Source of the DNA: Pseudomonadota bacterium
Lineage (GTDB): Bacteria > Pseudomonadota > Gammaproteobacteria > Steroidobacterales > JBCBZW01
NCBI GenBank assembly: GCA_039193195.1
Contig: JBCCWS010000005.1
Coordinates: 154,637 to 218,636, forward strand
Length of the DNA: 64,000 nt
Reading direction: 5' to 3'
The notes below the pieces were generated by a model. That model searched no databases and was not told where the DNA came from. It was given only the letters and a program-made list of their open reading frames with translations. Of this stretch, positions 58,841-64,000 are shown in pieces. Position 1 is the first letter of the stretch. Each line of letters starts with the position of its first letter. The translations under genes and the position numbers were made by a program.

Positions 58841-60549
58841 GCGCGAACGCGCCTGCTTCCCAACGCGTCTCCCTCCGCGCAGTGGCCAACTCCTCAACGC
58901 AACTCGGTCGGCGTCTGAGCACCTTCGCGCCGTTGCTCGATCGGGTGCTGGGCATCCAGGCCATCGATCGCTTCTGCCAGCAGCATCGTCTGTACGGCTT
59001 GGCGCCTGCCACCTTTGCCGATCGGGCGCTCGAGGCCCTTGCGGTGAGGGTGGATGACGGCGGTGCCCTCTCGAGGCTGCTGCCCCGCGAGGGGCCGGTG
59101 ATCGTCGCTTCCAACCATCCGCACGGCGGGATCGAGGGGCTTGTGCTGGTTCACCTCCTGGCCGCCCTGCGGCCGGATGTGAAGATCCTCGCGAACACCG
59201 CACTGCGCGTGTTCTCAGAGCTCGCGCCCCTGTCGATCTACGTCAACCCGCTGGCGCCGGGCGATCCCGCTAATCGCAAGGGCCTGCGCGCGTGCCTCGG
59301 TCACCTGAGCGACGGCGGCGCGCTCGTGATGTTCCCGGCCGGCCGCACCTCCTTTCACCAGCCCGATCTCGGCTACATCGCGGACAGCCCGTGGAGCACG
59401 GCCTTGGGGCGCCTGGCGAGGCGTACCGATGCACAGGTGCTCCCCATCCGCTTCATGGGCAAGAACAGCCGGTTGTTCTACGGCCTTGGCAGCCTCTGGT
59501 ACCGCTTCCGCCTGCTGATGCTGGCGCGCGAGGTGATGAATAAAGTGGGGCAGACAATCGCACTGCGCGTAGGCCAGCCGATCGCGGCGCGCGATGTCGA
59601 TCGGCTGGATGGCTCCACGCTGACCCAATACCTGCAGGTGGAGAGCGCCGCACTGGCCGCCCCAGTAGCTCTTGGCATCGCGGCGGTGCGCGAGAGAGCG
59701 TTAGCCCCTGCGCGATCTCCCGCCGTGCTCGAGCGAGAAGTGGCCGCGTTACCCACCGATCAGCGCCTGCTCGATGCCCACGACTGCATCGTCGCCTATG
59801 GGCGTGCCGCGCAGCTGCCTGAGGTGGTGGCGCAGATCACTCGCGAGCGGGAGCGCACCTATCGCGTCGAGGAAGAGGGCAGCGGTGAGCCGGTCGATAC
59901 GGATCACTTCGATGAGCGCGTCACTCATTTGTTTTGTTGGAATACGCAGGCTCAGGCCCTAGTTGGCGCTTATCGTATCGCCTGTCGCGACACCCTTGCG
60001 GCCGAAGGAGGTACGTACCTATCGGGAGTGTTCGCTTTTGAAGAGTCGTTTGTTGCGGCGAGACAGCCGGCGATCGAACTGGGTCGCTCCTTCGTGGTGC
60101 CCGAGTACCAGCGCAGTCGCTACGCCTTGGACCTGCTCTGGCGCGGCATCGGTGCTTTCCTGAGGGCGCATCCTCGCTATTCGCTGATGTACGGCACGGT
60201 CTCCCTGACCCGGCGCTACGACCCCGTATCCATCGCCATGATGTGCGATGTACTCATCGATGCGCCGCAGGGCGTGAGCGCCCGCGTGCCCTTGCCCGAT
60301 GTGTTGCCGGCGGAGTGGCATCAATACCGGCGCCAGCATCCGGTGGATCTCGCGACCCTCAACGCGCTGATTGCTGCCCGCGAACCGGACGGCAAGGGCG
60401 TGCCGGTGCTCCTGCGCCACTACGTCGGCCTCAACGCTCGCTTTCATGCCGTGGCCGTGGATCAGACCTTCGCCGCGACGCCGGGTCTGCTGCTCAGCGT
60501 TTCGCCGGCGGATCTGCCGGCGACCAAGCGGCGCCGCTACCTGGGTTAG
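58837..60549 (+). CDS. Bifunctional acyltransferase, OlsF-like (PlsC/LPLAT-type N-terminal domain + OlsB/GNAT-type N-acyltransferase C-terminal domain)
   Basis: N-terminal 'VIVASNHPHGGIEGLVLVHLL...ALVMFPAGRTS' (lysophospholipid acyltransferase-like). C-terminal 'RERERTYRVEEEGSGEPVDTDHFDERVTHLFCWN...LVGAYRI...IELGRSFVVPEYQRSRYALDLLWRGIGAFL...YSLMYGTVSL' (OlsB/PF13444-like). 570 aa. Confidence 0.8.
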   Translation: MSANAPASQRVSLRAVANSSTQLGRRLSTFAPLLDRVLGIQAIDRFCQQHRLYGLAPATFADRALEALAVRVDDGGALSRLLPREGPVIVASNHPHGGIEGLVLVHLLAALRPDVKILANTALRVFSELAPLSIYVNPLAPGDPANRKGLRACLGHLSDGGALVMFPAGRTSFHQPDLGYIADSPWSTALGRLARRTDAQVLPIRFMGKNSRLFYGLGSLWYRFRLLMLAREVMNKVGQTIALRVGQPIAARDVDRLDGSTLTQYLQVESAALAAPVALGIAAVRERALAPARSPAVLEREVAALPTDQRLLDAHDCIVAYGRAAQLPEVVAQITRERERTYRVEEEGSGEPVDTDHFDERVTHLFCWNTQAQALVGAYRIACRDTLAAEGGTYLSGVFAFEESFVAARQPAIELGRSFVVPEYQRSRYALDLLWRGIGAFLRAHPRYSLMYGTVSLTRRYDPVSIAMMCDVLIDAPQGVSARVPLPDVLPAEWHQYRRQHPVDLATLNALIAAREPDGKGVPVLLRHYVGLNARFHAVAVDQTFAATPGLLLSVSPADLPATKRRRYLG

Positions 60550-63500
60550 GCACCGCGGTCGACCCTCGCCGTTGGCGGCCGGCAACGCCGTACACGAGCC
60601 CCAGTACCGCGGGCAGGAAGAACAGGGTGACCACGGCCGAGGACAGCAGGCCGAAGAGCACTACGGCGCCCACGCCGCGGTACAGCTCCGTGCCCGCGCC
60701 GGGAATGAACACGAGCGGCGAGATGCCGATCACCGTGGTGATCGTCGACATGAGCACGGCGCGCAGGCGCGAGTGCGTGGCGTCGAGGATGGCCTGACGG
60801 GGCACGAGTCCTGCCTGCACCCCGCTCATGGTCTTCTCCACGATGAGAATGGGGTTGTTCACCACCGTGCCCATGAGGATCAGGAAGCCGAGCATGGTGA
60901 TCATGTCGAAGGGCTGCGTGAAGCCCTCGAGTCCCACTAGCGGCAACGCCGCGCCGAATTGATTCAGTAGCCACAGGCCGACGATGCCGCCAGAGATCCC
61001 GATCGGCACTACCAGCATGATGACCAGCGGGAAGCCCCAATGGCGCAGGATCGCCACCAGCAGTAGGTAGGCGATTATGGCGGAGATGGCGAAGTTGCTG
61101 GCAAGGGCGCGCTGGGTTGCCGCGAGGCGATCGCTGGCGCCGGACAGGCGCATGTCCACGTTGCTGGCGATGAGTCCCTCGGCGCGCAGGGACGGGATCA
61201 GCTTCTCCTCCACGCGCGCGACGGCGCCTTCCAGGGGTACGTCTCGGGGCGGCACGATGGAAACGGTGACCGTGCGGAAGCCGTCCACGCGGCGGATCAC
61301 GTCCGTGCTGCGGGTCTCGCGCACCTCAGCGATCGCGTTGAGCGGCACCACCGCGCCGACGGGGGCGAACACAAGGATATCGGCGAGGTCCTGCGGTTGG
61401 CGAACGGTGCCCTGGGTGCCGTAGAGGTACATGTCGATCTTGTCGTCTTCGAGGAAGAACTCGTCGACGAACGCGCCGTCCGTGAGCGCCCACACGGCGT
61501 AGCCAAGCTCCGGCGCGGTGAAGCCGAGTTCGGCGGCTCGAGTCCAGTCCGGATGCACCTCGAGTACCGGTTGGCCCAGGGTCAGCCCTGAGGGCTCCGC
61601 GCGGACTTGGGGTTGGCGAAACGCCGCCTTGGCCCCGTTGAACAGGGCCAGGGCGGCGTCGTAGAGACCGGCGAGATCCGGGCCAGTGATGTCCACGTTG
61701 ATGCTCCGCGTGCCGCCCTCGTTGCCGGCGAAGATAGAGCCGCGGCTGACGAACCCGTTCATCCCCGGCACCTGCTCGAAGCGCGCCGTGAGCTTTTCGA
61801 TCAGGGCGCCCATGTCCTGGCGGCGAGTGGTCTCGATCACGAAGGTGACGCCGGTCTGGCGGGCGAACTGGAACATGTAGTCGATCGCTGGGTAGTCCAT
61901 CTCGCCGCGATCGAACTCACTGGGATCGCGGCCGAGGTGGGGTTTGAGCTCCTCGCCGATCTCATCCATCACCAAGCGGATCTCTTCAAGGTTGGTACCC
62001 GGCGGTGGGAACAGGCGGGCGAAGGCCTTCTTCTCCTCTCCCTCGGGCAGATATTCGGCCTGGGGCGTGAGGAAAGCGAGTACAGCACCTGTGGTGGCGA
62101 GCAGAGCGATCATGAGCGTTAGCTGTCGAATGGGGCGATCGGCGACCCAGCGCGCGTTGGCCAGGACCAGGGCGGTGAGGCCTCTCGCCTCGCCCGAATC
62201 GTCTGGGGGCTGCCTCGGACGGAAGCTCAGGGCCTTAGCGGCTGAGGGCACTACTGCGATCGCCACCAGCATCGACATGAGAATGGAGCTGGAGATAGCC
62301 ACGGCGATGTCCGAGTAGAGTTGCCCCGCCTCCTCGCGGATGAACAGGACCGGTAAGAACACGAAGACGGTGGTGAGCGTGGAGGCGAGGACGGCGCGCC
62401 ACACCTCGCTGACCCCCTCTAGAACGGCTTGCATGCGGCGCTGCCCACGCGCCAGATGGCGGGCGATGTTCTCCAGCACGACGATTGAATTGTCGAGGGT
62501 CATACCGATGGCGAAGGCGACTCCCGCTAGGGAGATTACGTTGACCGTGCGCGCGCTTAGGAGCAGGCCGATAAACGCCGCAAGGGTGCAGACGGGGATG
62601 CCGATGGCGCCCACCACCGTGGCGCCGATCGAGCGTAGGAAGGCGAATAGTACGAGCGTTGCGAGCACGCCGCCGAGGGCGAGGTTGCTGCGCACGTTGA
62701 CGACCGCATCTTCCACGTAGCGCGCATCCTCGGTGACGATATGCGCCTGTAGGCCGATGCTGCCGAGGTAGCCCTCGTTGAGGCGCTCGAGCTGATCGCG
62801 CACGGCGTTGCGCACGCCCACCACGTTGGCGCCGGGGATGCGGCGCACGGCCATGCTGAGTACCGGGCGCGTATCGACGCGGTTGACGTAGCGCAGCTCC
62901 GACTGATCCAGGGAGACGCTTGCCACGTCGCGCAGGTAGACGGGGGCGCCGTTGCGCTGGGCGACGATCATGTCCTCGATGTCGTTCAGAGACTCGAAGC
63001 GACCTATAGTGCGAATAAGGTAGCGGGCCTTGCCGGCGTCGAGATCGCCGCCGGAAGTGTCGCGGTTGCGGTTGCGAATCGCCGTGCGCAGGGCTGCGAG
63101 GCTGATGCCTCGCTCGGCGAGGCGCGCCGGATCGATGCGGATGTGGATTTGGCGTTCAGCGCCACCGCGCAGCTCCGCTTCGGCTACCCCTGCCACCCGC
63201 TCCAGGCGCGGGCGCACGTTGTCATCGAGATAGTCCCGCATGGAGTAGAGATCGAGGCCGAAGGGGTTGCTCGCCAGGGTGGTGATACCGACGAAGATGA
63301 AGGGGCTATTGGAGTAGGCGTCGGCAACGATACGCGGCTCGTCCACGTTCTCCGGGTAGGAGGGTACCTGAGAGAGGCTGTTGTTGACTTGGATCAAGGC
63401 CTCGTTGAGATCCGTGCCGCGGGCGAGCTCGAGTTCGATCTCGGCGCGGCCCATGGAGGCGCGGGAGGTCATGCGCTCGATGCCCGTGATGCCGCGCAGG

Positions 63501-63703
63501 TAGTCTTCCTGTTCGATGAGGATCTCGCGCTCTACGTCCTGCGGCGTGGCGCCGGGCCAGCCGGTGACGATAGAGATGACGCGCACGTCGAGGTCGGGGA
63601 TCAGCTGGATTGGCACGCGCACTAGGGCGAGCACGCCGAACAGGCAGGCGAGGAGCGTGCCGACGGCGACCAGAATGGGATTGCGCAGGAGAAACTGGAA
63701 CAC
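60494..63703 (-). CDS. RND efflux transporter permease (AcrB/HAE1-like)
   Basis: 1069 aa. 'MFQFLLRNPILVAVGTLLACLFGVLAL', 12-TM/two-loop architecture. 'VGAIGIPVCTLAAFIGLLL', 'AFAIGMTLDNSIVVLENI', 'LGFLILMGTVVNNPILIVE'. The 3' tail overlaps the convergent OlsF-like gene by 56 nt. Confidence 0.9.
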   Translation of the reverse strand: MFQFLLRNPILVAVGTLLACLFGVLALVRVPIQLIPDLDVRVISIVTGWPGATPQDVEREILIEQEDYLRGITGIERMTSRASMGRAEIELELARGTDLNEALIQVNNSLSQVPSYPENVDEPRIVADAYSNSPFIFVGITTLASNPFGLDLYSMRDYLDDNVRPRLERVAGVAEAELRGGAERQIHIRIDPARLAERGISLAALRTAIRNRNRDTSGGDLDAGKARYLIRTIGRFESLNDIEDMIVAQRNGAPVYLRDVASVSLDQSELRYVNRVDTRPVLSMAVRRIPGANVVGVRNAVRDQLERLNEGYLGSIGLQAHIVTEDARYVEDAVVNVRSNLALGGVLATLVLFAFLRSIGATVVGAIGIPVCTLAAFIGLLLSARTVNVISLAGVAFAIGMTLDNSIVVLENIARHLARGQRRMQAVLEGVSEVWRAVLASTLTTVFVFLPVLFIREEAGQLYSDIAVAISSSILMSMLVAIAVVPSAAKALSFRPRQPPDDSGEARGLTALVLANARWVADRPIRQLTLMIALLATTGAVLAFLTPQAEYLPEGEEKKAFARLFPPPGTNLEEIRLVMDEIGEELKPHLGRDPSEFDRGEMDYPAIDYMFQFARQTGVTFVIETTRRQDMGALIEKLTARFEQVPGMNGFVSRGSIFAGNEGGTRSINVDITGPDLAGLYDAALALFNGAKAAFRQPQVRAEPSGLTLGQPVLEVHPDWTRAAELGFTAPELGYAVWALTDGAFVDEFFLEDDKIDMYLYGTQGTVRQPQDLADILVFAPVGAVVPLNAIAEVRETRSTDVIRRVDGFRTVTVSIVPPRDVPLEGAVARVEEKLIPSLRAEGLIASNVDMRLSGASDRLAATQRALASNFAISAIIAYLLLVAILRHWGFPLVIMLVVPIGISGGIVGLWLLNQFGAALPLVGLEGFTQPFDMITMLGFLILMGTVVNNPILIVEKTMSGVQAGLVPRQAILDATHSRLRAVLMSTITTVIGISPLVFIPGAGTELYRGVGAVVLFGLLSSAVVTLFFLPAVLGLVYGVAGRQRRGSTAVPNPGSGAAWSPADPPAKR

Positions 63704-63738
63704 GAGCGGCGACCCTCCCGGCCGAGTGATCGAAAGCG

Positions 63739-64000
63739 TTAGCTGCTGCCGGACGGCGTGTTAACAAGTCGCACGGACTGCCCTGCGCGAAGCGTCTCAT
63801 TGCCGCGGATGACCACCTGCTCACCAGCCTGCAGCGGATCGCCGCCGATGACCTCCACCAGGGCATCGAAGCTTCGTCCAAGGCGCACGGCGACTGGCTG
63901 GACCGTGCGATCACTGTTGGTAGCGGCACGGATCACCCAGACGCGGGTCACGCCGTCGGGCCCGCGCGACACGGCGTCGCGAGGAACGGCCACGGTCTCA
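63739..64000 (-). CDS. RND efflux membrane-fusion (periplasmic adaptor) protein, 3' part only (runs off the window)
   Basis: 'AVPRDAVSRGPDGVTRVWVIRA...VQPVAVRLGRSFDALVEVIGGDPLQAGEQVVIRGNETLRAGQSVRLV' is a typical MFP C-terminal beta-barrel/MP domain. It lies immediately upstream of the RND permease. Confidence 0.8.
   Translation of the reverse strand, partial: ETVAVPRDAVSRGPDGVTRVWVIRAATNSDRTVQPVAVRLGRSFDALVEVIGGDPLQAGEQVVIRGNETLRAGQSVRLVNTPSGSS

Noticed and set aside
60494-60549. 56-nt convergent overlap between the OlsF-like gene and the RND permease, considered as evidence of mis-called ends or antisense regulation. Smaller convergent overlaps occur at 7100-7120, 38772-38775 and 52120-52134.
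   Set aside because: Both ORFs have strong family similarity almost to their ends, and the overlapping tails are low-complexity. The overlap may be real, but I have no evidence for a regulatory role.

Overview
Visibly GC-rich bacterial chromosomal window. Gene content is proteobacterial, probably gammaproteobacterial; this is an inference from AcnB, MlaA/MlaC, AcrB-type RND, AzlCD and a two-domain fatty acyl-CoA reductase. I can support about 50 intact protein-coding genes, about 6 gene relics or pseudogenes, a 165-bp MITE present twice, and two in-frame 144-bp tandem-repeat arrays. I saw no rRNA, tRNA, CRISPR array, or intact transposase or integrase. Ordinary or known modules: LysR-acnB; an H-NOX/HaCE nitric-oxide-to-c-di-GMP pair; a second GGDEF/EAL sensor; GT4 plus aminotransferase; a MlaA-MMPL-MlaC lipid module; azlCD; an OlsF-like aminolipid acyltransferase; an RND efflux pump. 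The unusual part is a concentration of envelope signalling and protease modules. (i) A translationally coupled minus-strand operon (54233-58087) encodes a membrane-anchored TIR protein, a lipoprotein and an exported protein. The exported protein ends in a caspase-like domain that has lost both catalytic residues. This is my best candidate for an undescribed system. (ii) Two tandem paralogous S8 subtilases (42065-46258) each end in eight perfect copies of the hexapeptide GYLWSD, invariant at protein level but recoded at DNA level. (iii) An ECF sigma / membrane protein / TPR-CHAT protease operon (20132-23950). (iv) An ECF sigma / membrane protein / S8 protease operon with a divergent Ser/Thr kinase (48286-52134). 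(v) A third ECF sigma gene destroyed by MITE insertion, deletion and an in-frame TGA. The S8 pair is flanked by decayed genes (TPR, alpha/beta hydrolase, toxin-antitoxin relic), which suggests an accessory, fast-evolving segment. All functional calls come from by-eye motif recognition on the supplied translations. No database search or computation was run.
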